A stretch of DNA of 41,089 bases from Novosphingobium sp. (GTDB lineage: Bacteria > Pseudomonadota > Alphaproteobacteria > Sphingomonadales > Sphingomonadaceae). The translations under genes were made by a program, and so were the position numbers. The notes under the pieces are model-generated. The model worked only from the letters and a program-made list of their open reading frames with translations. It did not search any database and was not told the DNA's origin. How positions within the stretch are numbered: position 1 is the stretch's first letter; every line of letters starts with the position of its first letter. The stretch spans positions 1-41,089 of the forward strand of contig JBIPOH010000001.1 in the NCBI GenBank assembly GCA_044379435.1, written 5' to 3'. Below, piece by piece: positions 16,330-24,173 of this stretch.

Positions 16330-18447
16330 TTAAAACGCCATCCGCACGGCCAGCCGCGCGCTGCGGGGCTGTGCGGTGGAGATGTTGTTATCGGTGTGCG
16401 CGGTTGGGAAATACTGGTCGTTCAGCAGGTTGTTGACATTGATCTGCACCGAGACCGCCTTGGACACATTATAGAACACCGCCGTATCGACGCGAGTCCA
16501 CGCGGGGAGCGTGACGGCATTGCTGACCGTGGCAAAAACTGAGGACTGGTGCGTCACACCAAGGCCGAGGCCAAGCTTCGGCGTCACATCATAGCGCGTC
16601 CACAAGGCGATCTGGCTTTCGGGAATGAGCGCGAGAACACGCCCTGAAGGTGCGGCGGTGGTGCTGGAACGGACCTTGCCATCCTGCAGCGCATAGCCAA
16701 AGCTGACCTGCCAGTGCGGGAGAATCTTGCCCGTGGCGGAAAGCTCGATGCCGCGCGTGCGGGTCTTGCCGGAAAGGACCGGGAGGCCGGTCACGGGGTC
16801 GTTGAAGCGGGAGTTCTCGCGGTCGAGCCGGTAGGCTGCGGTGGTCAGCGCGAAGGCGGGCGTCACGTCCCACTTGGCCCCCACTTCAAGGTTGCGGAAT
16901 TCCTCGGGCGCGAGCGTCGCCTGCACGGCATCGAGCGCGTTGAACTGATCGCCCGACTGGGGGAGGAAGCTCTTGGTGTAGCTGCCATAAAGCGAGAGGT
17001 TGGCCTTGGGCTTCACGATGACGCCCGCGCGCGGCGACCATCGGCGGTCGGTGCGTGCAGCGCTTGTGCTGGCGAGGAGATTGTCGGCGTTGATCCGGAA
17101 GCTGTCGTAGCGCACGCCGCCGACGATCTGGAGGAACGGCGCCAGCTCGATCTGGTCCTGCACATAAGCCGAGAAGGTTTTCACCCGGGTCTGCGTGGAG
17201 CGGCTGGGCGCGCCGAAGGTGATGGCGGGCACGGCGAGGCGCTCGGCCAGTGCAACGACGGCCGAGGCGGCGCCGCCCGGGAAGATGCCTTCCGAGCGCG
17301 CGGCGGCGGTGTCCTGATCCGCCCACTCGATCCCGGCAATCAGGGTGTGGCCGATGGGGCCGGTCCTGCCCTGCCAGGTCAGGTTGGCCTGCCCGATCCA
17401 GCTCTTGCGCAGCACGGTGCTATCATAGGCGCTGAGCGCGACGGTGCGGGCGACCGGGTCCACGGCACCCGTCGGGAAGATATTGTCGTAGTACTTGTCC
17501 GTGTGGCTGTATTGCCCGGCAACGGTGAGCGTCAGGCTCTCTGCAAGGGTCTGGGTCAGCCGCGCTTCGACAATATGCGCCTGCACCGCCGAAAGATTGC
17601 TGTCCTCACGGCCGAAGAAGGTATCGCGGAAACCCTCCAGCGGCAGACCGCCCAGCGAAGGGACGCCGCGATCCGCGATGCGGCGATCATCGTCGTAGTT
17701 GTAGGACAGGTCGATCCGCGTATCGGCGCTGGGTTCGAATGCCAGCGTCGGATTCACGCCGATAAAGCGGCCGTGGAAATCCTGCCGGTGGTTGTTGAAT
17801 TCCTCGTACGTGCCATTGAGGCGCATGCCCACGGTTTGCGAGAGCGGCGCATTGAGATCGGCGGCCAGCGCGAAATCACCGAATGTGCCGAGAGCGGCAT
17901 TGGCCCCGACCGCCAGACCAGCAAGCGAAGGGGTCTTGCGCACACGGTTGATTACGCCGCCCCCGCCGCCGCGGCCAAACAGCAGCGCATTGGCACCGCG
18001 CAGCACCTCGACCTGTGCGATATTGTAGAGCGAGCGGTAATACTGCGTGTCGTCGCGCAGGCCGTTGAGATAGAAATCGGCGGTGGTGTTCTGGCCGCGC
18101 AGCACGATCTGGTCGCGGTTGCCCTCACCCTGCGCGATCACCACGCCCGGAACATAGCGCAGCGCATCGCCAAGCTGAGTCACGCCCTGATCATCCAGCT
18201 GTTCGCGTGTGAGTACCGTAACCGACTGCGGCACATCGAGCAGCGGCGTGGGTGCCTTCACGCCCGAGGCGGTATCGGCGCGGTAGCTATCGGCATGGCC
18301 AGTGACGATGATCGGGCGCCGGTCGATGTTATCCCCTGCGTCGCCCTCTTCCGCCATCGGCATGACTTCTGCCTGCACAGCCATCGGCAACAGTGCGCCC
18401 GAAGCAAGGAGCAGAGCGGCGGAAAGCGAGCGGGCGGAGGTTTTCAC
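16330..18447 (-). CDS. TonB-dependent siderophore receptor (Fiu/PiuA-like)
   Basis: Signal peptide from GTG 18447, IIVTG, DVPQSVTV, GEGNRDQIVLRG, EVLRGANALLFGRGGGGGVIN; C-terminal Phe. Confidence 0.92.
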   Translation of the reverse strand: MKTSARSLSAALLLASGALLPMAVQAEVMPMAEEGDAGDNIDRRPIIVTGHADSYRADTASGVKAPTPLLDVPQSVTVLTREQLDDQGVTQLGDALRYVPGVVIAQGEGNRDQIVLRGQNTTADFYLNGLRDDTQYYRSLYNIAQVEVLRGANALLFGRGGGGGVINRVRKTPSLAGLAVGANAALGTFGDFALAADLNAPLSQTVGMRLNGTYEEFNNHRQDFHGRFIGVNPTLAFEPSADTRIDLSYNYDDDRRIADRGVPSLGGLPLEGFRDTFFGREDSNLSAVQAHIVEARLTQTLAESLTLTVAGQYSHTDKYYDNIFPTGAVDPVARTVALSAYDSTVLRKSWIGQANLTWQGRTGPIGHTLIAGIEWADQDTAAARSEGIFPGGAASAVVALAERLAVPAITFGAPSRSTQTRVKTFSAYVQDQIELAPFLQIVGGVRYDSFRINADNLLASTSAARTDRRWSPRAGVIVKPKANLSLYGSYTKSFLPQSGDQFNALDAVQATLAPEEFRNLEVGAKWDVTPAFALTTAAYRLDRENSRFNDPVTGLPVLSGKTRTRGIELSATGKILPHWQVSFGYALQDGKVRSSTTAAPSGRVLALIPESQIALWTRYDVTPKLGLGLGVTHQSSVFATVSNAVTLPAWTRVDTAVFYNVSKAVSVQINVNNLLNDQYFPTAHTDNNISTAQPRSARLAVRMAF

Positions 18448-18457
18448 AGGCAGTCTT

Positions 18458-18536
18458 TCTTGAGAGGCATTCTCAAGAACCCGTCTATTGCGAGTCATTC
18501 GCACTTGCAAGCGCGTTATTGCAAATCGCTCGCGAT
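18458..18536. promoter_or_regulatory. three iron-box (Fur-like) operators over the receptor promoter
   Basis: TTGAGA-N5-TCTCAA (18460-18476), TTGCGA-N5-TCGCAC (18488-18504) and TTGCAA-N5-TCGCGA (18519-18535); the middle box fills the 17-nt spacer of minus-strand TTGCAA-N17-TAGACG. Confidence 0.7.
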
Positions 18537-18610
18537 TTCTGCGCCGGGCACGGCCAAGCGCCAGCCGGAGGCCGGTTGTGGCAGCAGAATGTCGGTGGGT
18601 TTCCGGCGCT

Positions 18611-18736
18611 TCAGAGCAGCGGGAAAGCGCGGCCCGCCAGGATCAGCGCAAGCGCCGAGCCGAGCACCATGGCCGAACGCAGAACCTCCGCCAAAGGAGC
18701 GGCAGGAACAGCAACAAGGGCGATAACGCGGGCCAT
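18611..18736 (-). CDS. 41-aa small hydrophobic protein, not in the ORF track
   Basis: MARVIALVAVPAAPLAEVLRSAMVLGSALALILAGRAFPLL*; fills the gap between genes and has its own promoter-like elements. Confidence 0.6.
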   Translation of the reverse strand: MARVIALVAVPAAPLAEVLRSAMVLGSALALILAGRAFPLL

Positions 18737-18742
18737 GACCGA

Positions 18743-18775
18743 AGCATGCGCCCGCGGTGCCTAACAAAACGTTAA
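18743..18775 (-). promoter_or_regulatory. CtrA-like box plus -10 for the small protein
   Basis: Minus strand TTAA-cgttttg-TTAG (one mismatch to TTAA-N7-TTAA), then CATGCT 6 nt before the ATG. Confidence 0.55.
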
Positions 18776-18779
18776 AGCA

Positions 18780-19913
18780 TCACGCCAGCCATTCGAGCAG
18801 CGCGGCAAGGCACTCGCGCGCCAGCAGCTTGCTGCGTTCCGGGCTCCAGCCCTGCGCCGGATCAGGCAGGTCGTCGTTGTCCTTGAAGGGCATTTCGAGC
18901 GTCATCGAAACGGCGCCGAAACGCTCGGCAATCTGGTTCGTGGCCATCGCGAGATTGGCCTTGCCGGGCCGCGCCACGGGATAGCCGCGCCGAGTCTGGA
19001 AATCGGGAGTGCGCCGCTCGAGGATCGCACGGTAGCGGCGGTAGGCTTCACCCTGCGCCTCGGTCCAGCCGGGGATGCCTTCGAACCCGGCAAAGAACAC
19101 GGCCGGGATCGCCTCGTCGCCGTGGACGTCCACAAAGAAGTCGACGCCGCTCGCGTCCATCGCATTGCGGATCGCCAGCACTTCGGGCGCGCGCTCCAAC
19201 GTAGGTTCGTGCCATTCGCGGTTGAGGTTCACCCCCAGCACATTGGTGCGCAAATTGCCCCGGCACGCCCCATCCGGGTTGGCATTAGGCACAATGTGAA
19301 AGCGGCAGAGCTGGCGCAGCTTGCGTGCATGCGGATCGGCGGGGTCGGTCAGCATGTCGAGCGCCCCTTCCATCCACCATTCGGCCATGGCCTCACCGGG
19401 ATGCTGGCGCGCGATGAACCAGATCTGGCGCGGTCCTTCACCCATGGACAGGCAATCGATGGACTGGCCCTCTAGGCTGCGTCCCAGCACCTTGTGCTCC
19501 ACGCCCTCGCTCGCCGCGATTTCGGCAACAAGATCGTGATGCCGCTCCATCGAATAGGGCGCGAAGTACGCGAACCAGCACGTGCCCGCGCTGGGCGTGT
19601 AGCGGATCGTCATCGTCCCGCCGTCCACTGCCGCATCATAGCGGGTTTCGGCGCGCCCCCAGTAATCGCGGTCTTCCGAAACGCAGGCGCGGTAGCCGAT
19701 CCACCCATCGGGATAGGCCGATGAGGCCAGCCCGGTGATCTTCAGTTCCAGCGCGCGGCCCGCACAGGCACCCACGCGGAAATGGAACCACTGGAAGAAT
19801 TCGGAACGCGTGTCCTTGCGAATGGCCAGCCGGGCGCTGTTCCCCTCGATGCCAAGAACTTCGATATTGCCGCTGTCAAAGCCTGCGTCGATGCTGATCG
19901 GTGCCGTGTTCAT
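18780..19913 (-). CDS. M14-family zinc carboxypeptidase (cytosolic carboxypeptidase/CCP-like)
   Basis: FDSGNI, QWFHF, AYFAPY, ARQHPGE, NPDG, NLNREW, DVHGDE and TLEMP motifs; ATG 19913 overlaps the upstream stop. Confidence 0.92.
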   Translation of the reverse strand: MNTAPISIDAGFDSGNIEVLGIEGNSARLAIRKDTRSEFFQWFHFRVGACAGRALELKITGLASSAYPDGWIGYRACVSEDRDYWGRAETRYDAAVDGGTMTIRYTPSAGTCWFAYFAPYSMERHHDLVAEIAASEGVEHKVLGRSLEGQSIDCLSMGEGPRQIWFIARQHPGEAMAEWWMEGALDMLTDPADPHARKLRQLCRFHIVPNANPDGACRGNLRTNVLGVNLNREWHEPTLERAPEVLAIRNAMDASGVDFFVDVHGDEAIPAVFFAGFEGIPGWTEAQGEAYRRYRAILERRTPDFQTRRGYPVARPGKANLAMATNQIAERFGAVSMTLEMPFKDNDDLPDPAQGWSPERSKLLARECLAALLEWLA

Positions 19914-20509
19914 TTCACCGTGATAGTCGCCCCCGAGGTTCCGGGGAAGCCCGAGAACAGGGCATGGGCGAGGCGCGGCGCAGCCTGATCGGCAGAGGCC
20001 AGCTTTGCCTTTTCGCGCTCCACGTTTTCTGCGCGCCCTTCCCACAGCGAAAGGCCAGTGGTGCGGCTGCGCAATATGACGGTGAGCCGAGTATGGACCC
20101 GCGCGCGCGCACCGCCGCCAAGATTGAAGCCAAGACCGAGGCCGAGGCCGCTGTTCCAACCGCCAGTCGCGCCGCCAACCCCGACCGAGACCGGACCGCG
20201 CTGGCGTTCGGTGCGCTCGACCTCCCGCTCGACAAGCACTTCGGCAATCGCATCAGCCGCGCCCGGTGTGGCCGCGGCGAAATGCAGCGCAGCCAATTCG
20301 GCTTCCACGGCCTGCATCCACAGTCGCGCCTCCAGGCTGGTGGCAACCGGGCTGGTGGCATCGGTGCCCGGAGCGGCCACTACGGCAACGGCACTGCGGC
20401 CCAACGTGGTGATGCTTTCAGGTGTGTGAAAGCGCGTCACCTCGACCGGCGCCGCGAGCGCCGGAGCGGCGGCGAGCGCCAGCGCCGCAAGCAGGACCTG
20501 CGCCTTCAC
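19910..20509 (-). CDS. DUF4136-family exported protein
   Basis: Signal peptide from GTG 20509, glycine-rich VSVGVGG...[12 protein letters not shown] and LWEGRA motif. Confidence 0.7.
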   Translation of the reverse strand: MKAQVLLAALALAAAPALAAPVEVTRFHTPESITTLGRSAVAVVAAPGTDATSPVATSLEARLWMQAVEAELAALHFAAATPGAADAIAEVLVEREVERTERQRGPVSVGVGGATGGWNSGLGLGLGFNLGGGARARVHTRLTVILRSRTTGLSLWEGRAENVEREKAKLASADQAAPRLAHALFSGFPGTSGATITVK

Positions 20510-21207
20510 TGGGTCACCGCCGCAAGGGGCTGCACAACCTCGCCATCGGGAAAGCGCTTCAGCAGAGCGCTGGCAAGGCGGGCGGCCATCTCGCTGTTGT
20601 CGATGCCGCCCTCTTCCTCGCGCGCTTCGCCGTCGGCGTGGCCTTCCCATAGCACGCGCCCGGTGGCCTTGTCGCGAATGCGCAGATCGAGCCGGGTGGC
20701 GACAATCGCCTTTGCGGGCTTGGTAAGATCGAACGCGAGCGCGAGGCCGAAACCGCTCCCGCGATTGCTCACGGTTGTGCTCATGGCGCCGCTGACCTTC
20801 TTGCGTGGGGCCTCCTCGGGCACGGCCACGCGGTGGCTGACCCCGATTTCGGCGATCTGGCCCGGATCGTGGGCGGTTGCCGTATCATAGCCGCGCTTGG
20901 CCAGCTCGTCGATCACGGCGGCTTCGTAGACGGGGAGCTTGCTGTCGATGGTCTCTCCGGCATCACCGTCCATCCGGCTTACCACGATGCGCCCCTTGCC
21001 AAGCAGCGTAGCCGCATCGGCAGAACGGTAGGCGGTGACGTCGATCTTCTTCGATGGCTGCGCGGTCTGGCGGGCCGCTGGAAAGCGCGGGTCGGGGTCC
21101 AGCGGATCGGCGCCGCCCCACCGCATGCCGCCGGGCATACCCTGCGCCAGCACGGGCGCTGCGCCGCAAAGGGCAAGCGCGGCAAGGATGGCAGCGGTCA
21201 ATCTCAT
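20506..21207 (-). CDS. DUF4136-family exported protein (paralog)
   Basis: Signal peptide from ATG 21207; YEAAVIDELAKRGY and LDLRIRDKATGRVLWEGHA; GTGA overlap with the downstream paralog. Confidence 0.7.
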   Translation of the reverse strand: MRLTAAILAALALCGAAPVLAQGMPGGMRWGGADPLDPDPRFPAARQTAQPSKKIDVTAYRSADAATLLGKGRIVVSRMDGDAGETIDSKLPVYEAAVIDELAKRGYDTATAHDPGQIAEIGVSHRVAVPEEAPRKKVSGAMSTTVSNRGSGFGLALAFDLTKPAKAIVATRLDLRIRDKATGRVLWEGHADGEAREEEGGIDNSEMAARLASALLKRFPDGEVVQPLAAVTQ

Positions 21208-21346
21208 GCAAAGCCTTTCAGGCGGACGTCGGGAGGTAAAACGTATGCCCTCCGGCCTGTCCTGACCATGAACGGTCGGTTTGTCGATTCCAACGATTGC
21301 CGAGCCTGCTAGGGCATCGGAGCATTTACCTAGGAGAGTGATTCGC

Positions 21347-22351
21347 ATGGGCCAGGTCCCTGTTCTCGTCACCGGCGGCGCCGGATATATCGGCAGCCAC
21401 GCGGTCCTCGCGCTCAAGGATGCGGGCTGGCCGGTTGCGGTTATCGACAACCTGACGACGGGCTTCCGCTTCGCACTACCCGAGGGCGTGCCGCTATATG
21501 AAGGCGATATCGAGGACGAGGCGCTGCTGGCGCGCATCTTTGCCGAGCAGAAGATCGGCGCGGTGATGCATTTCGCCGGATCGATCATCGTGCCCGAATC
21601 GGTCGAGAACCCGCTGAAATACTATCACAACAACACCGCCAAGAGCCGTGCGCTGATCGCCGCAGCCGTCGCCAGCGGGGTGCGGCACTTCATCTTCTCC
21701 TCAACCGCGGCGACTTATGGCATCCCCGAGGTCTCGCCCGTGACGGAGGACAGCCCGAAGCAGCCGATCAATCCCTACGGCATGTCGAAGCTGATGACCG
21801 AGACCATGCTGGCAGACACCGCCCGCGCCCATCCGCTGAACTACTGCGCGCTGCGCTATTTCAACGTGGCGGGAGCTGACCCGGAGGCCCGCACCGGGCA
21901 ATCGACGGCGGGAGCAACGCACCTCATCAAGGTGGCGGTGGAAGCCGCGCTCGGCAAGCGCAGCCATGTCGGCGTGTTCGGAACGGACTACGCCACGCCC
22001 GACGGCACCGGGGTGCGCGACTATATCCACGTGTCAGACCTTGCCGCCGCGCATGTGCTGGCGCTGGAGGCGCTGATCGAAGCGCCGGAGCGCTCGCTCA
22101 CCATGAACTGCGGCTATGGCCGGGGCTTTTCGGTGCTCGAAGTGCTCGATGCGGTCGACCGCGTGACCAACAACACGATCGTGCGCCAAATGGAAGGCCG
22201 CCGCGCGGGCGACCCCGATTCGCTGATTTCGGACAATCGACGCATCAAGCAGACCCTGCCCTGGGTGCCGCGTTATGCCGATCTCGATGTGATCGTGCGC
22301 CACGCTCTGGCGTGGGAGAGGAAACTGACCGAGATCCGTGGGGACAGTTGA
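21347..22351 (+). CDS. galE: UDP-glucose 4-epimerase
   Basis: VTGGAGYIGSH, HFAG, FSSTAATYG, YGMSK, LRYFNVAGA and VRDYIHV; AGGAGAG RBS. Confidence 0.96.
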   Translation: MGQVPVLVTGGAGYIGSHAVLALKDAGWPVAVIDNLTTGFRFALPEGVPLYEGDIEDEALLARIFAEQKIGAVMHFAGSIIVPESVENPLKYYHNNTAKSRALIAAAVASGVRHFIFSSTAATYGIPEVSPVTEDSPKQPINPYGMSKLMTETMLADTARAHPLNYCALRYFNVAGADPEARTGQSTAGATHLIKVAVEAALGKRSHVGVFGTDYATPDGTGVRDYIHVSDLAAAHVLALEALIEAPERSLTMNCGYGRGFSVLEVLDAVDRVTNNTIVRQMEGRRAGDPDSLISDNRRIKQTLPWVPRYADLDVIVRHALAWERKLTEIRGDS

Positions 22352-22376
22352 CTTTCCCAATCTCCGCGCATAACCG
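22348..22376 (+). promoter_or_regulatory. sigma70-type promoter of rpmJ
   Basis: TTGACT-N17-TAACCG overlapping the galE stop codon. Confidence 0.55.
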
Positions 22377-22422
22377 CCGCGTTCCAATTTCGGCCCGGTC
22401 GGCTCGGGCATAAGGATTCGTC

Positions 22423-22548
22423 ATGAAGATTCGCAACAGCCTGAAGTCGCTCAAGGATCGTCACCGGGATAACCGCGTGATCCGCCGCCGCGGCCGCACT
22501 TACGTCATCAACAAGACCCAGAAGCGCTTCAAGGCGCGTCAGGGCTGA
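22423..22548 (+). CDS. rpmJ: 50S ribosomal protein L36 (cysteine-free, YkgO-type), not in the ORF track
   Basis: [41 protein letters not shown]; TAAGGA RBS. Confidence 0.97.
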   Translation: MKIRNSLKSLKDRHRDNRVIRRRGRTYVINKTQKRFKARQG

Positions 22549-22664
22549 TCATCGGGCGCGCTGCTATCGGCGCGCCAATGGAAGCCTTGAAACCAGTTTC
22601 GGTGCAGTTTCCGCGACGGCGGGGCTGCACCGGAAACACGTTCCGGCTCTGATCGAGCCCATCC

Positions 22665-22696
22665 GGCCCCCGCCTCCAAGCGGGGGCTTTGTGTTG
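22665..22696 (+). terminator. probable intrinsic terminator downstream of rpmJ
   Basis: GCCCCCGC-ctccaa-GCGGGGGC-TTTGTGTT. Confidence 0.6.
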
Positions 22697-22732
22697 TGAC
22701 TGGTCCGTGCTCGCAAGCGAGGGCTTTCTGCC

Positions 22733-23374
22733 ATGGAAGGTATCGCCATGAAGGCCCGCGTGGATACTCCGGTAGACGCTGTGGTGTGGGATATCGGCCG
22801 GGTCCTGATCGAATGGGATCTGCCGCGCATCTACCGCGACGCGATCCCCGACGAGGCTGAACGCGCGCGCTTCACCACCGAAGTGGTGACCGAGGCGTGG
22901 CACATGCAACACGATGGCGGCATCTCGCACGCCGAGATGGTGGCCGCGCGGCAGGCTGAATTTCCCCAACACGCCGATCTCATCGCGCTCTATGCCAGCA
23001 ATTGGCTGGCCAGCTTGCCCGGACCGGTGCCCGGCACGCCCGCGCTGATCGAACAGCTTGCCGCGCGCGGTGTGCCACAATACGCGATCACCAATTTCGG
23101 GGTGGATGCTTGGGCGATGTTCCGGCCGACCTTTCCGGTGCTCGATCACCTGCGCGATATCGTGGTGAGCGGAACCGAGCGGCTGATCAAACCCGATCCG
23201 GCGATCTTCCACCTCGCCGCCAGGCGCTTTGGCTGCGCGCCAGAGCGGATGCTGTTCATCGACGACAACGCAGCCAATATCGCCAGCGCGGCCGCGCTGG
23301 GCTGGCAGGTGCATCATTTCGTGACCGGGGCAGAGGCGCTGAAAGCAGACCTCGTTGCGCTGGGGCTGCTGTAG
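22733..23374 (+). CDS. HAD-superfamily hydrolase (haloacid dehalogenase-like phosphatase)
   Basis: WDIGRVL, ITNF, KPDPAIF and FIDD motifs; start uncertain within about 30 nt. Confidence 0.88.
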   Translation: MEGIAMKARVDTPVDAVVWDIGRVLIEWDLPRIYRDAIPDEAERARFTTEVVTEAWHMQHDGGISHAEMVAARQAEFPQHADLIALYASNWLASLPGPVPGTPALIEQLAARGVPQYAITNFGVDAWAMFRPTFPVLDHLRDIVVSGTERLIKPDPAIFHLAARRFGCAPERMLFIDDNAANIASAAALGWQVHHFVTGAEALKADLVALGLL

Positions 23375-23378
23375 TTCA

Positions 23379-23401
23379 AAAATGGGGACAGTCCCCATTT
23401 T
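23379..23401. repeat. GGGGACAGTCCCC-core palindrome between convergent genes
   Basis: AAAATGGGGAC-A-GTCCCCATTTT, perfect 11-bp arms. Confidence 0.75.
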
Positions 23402-23408
23402 CTGAGGG

Positions 23409-24173
23409 TCAGCGAAGGCCAATCAGCGCAATCAGCCGCCCGTAGCCCGCCTCCCCCGCATGGGTGGAGCGGCGAAACGAATAGAAGCGTTCGGGCTGCG
23501 AATAGGTGTCCTCGCCCAGCATGGCGACCGTTCCCACGCCAAAGACCGCCAGCCGGGCGGCGACATAGCCTTCGAGATCGAACCAACTGTGCCCAGCGCG
23601 GCCTGCACGGAAAAAGCGCGCATTTTCAGAATCTTCGGCAGAGAAGCGCGCTTCGAAAGCGGCATCCACTTCATAGCTTTTCTGCGCGATGCAGGGGCCG
23701 ACGACGGCAGCGATGCGCGCGCGGTTTGCACCGAGCGCTTCCATCGCTTCCACCGTGCGGTCCGTCACCCCGCCAATTGCGCCTTTCCACCCGGCATGGG
23801 CCGCGCCGATCACTCCGGCCTCAGCATCGTGGAACAGAACGGGCGCGCAATCGGCGGTGAGCACGCCGATCAGCAAGCCGGGCTGATCCGTCACCAGTGC
23901 ATCGGCCTTGGGGCGGTCCGCATCGTCCCACGGTGCGGTGACGGTCACCACATCGGGCGAATGAATCTGGAAGCAGGTGAGCAGCCGCGCGCCGGGCAGC
24001 ACGGCAGCGCCTGCGCGGCGGCGGTTCTCGGCGGTGTGGGCGGGATCATCCTCGCTGTAGCTCACGTTGAGCCCGGCGTGGAGACCCGTGCTCACCCCGC
24101 CGCGCCTGCCCAGAAAGCCGTGCGCTGCGCCCGCCAGCGCCGGGTGCGTCAGGACTTCCGGCTGCTCGCTCAT
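23409..24173 (-). CDS. pgeF: peptidoglycan editing factor PgeF (YfiH/LACC1 family)
   Basis: RRGGVS, QIHS, ADALVT, TADCAPVL, AAHAGWKG, GPCI and FYSFRR. Confidence 0.93.
   Translation of the reverse strand: MSEQPEVLTHPALAGAAHGFLGRRGGVSTGLHAGLNVSYSEDDPAHTAENRRRAGAAVLPGARLLTCFQIHSPDVVTVTAPWDDADRPKADALVTDQPGLLIGVLTADCAPVLFHDAEAGVIGAAHAGWKGAIGGVTDRTVEAMEALGANRARIAAVVGPCIAQKSYEVDAAFEARFSAEDSENARFFRAGRAGHSWFDLEGYVAARLAVFGVGTVAMLGEDTYSQPERFYSFRRSTHAGEAGYGRLIALIGLR

Noticed and set aside
16714-18726. 670-aa plus-strand ORF
   Set aside because: Antisense shadow of the siderophore receptor
22423-22548. Cysteine-free L36 as a sign of a zinc-starvation paralog
   Set aside because: This form is the normal L36 in Alphaproteobacteria, and no Zur-like box was evident
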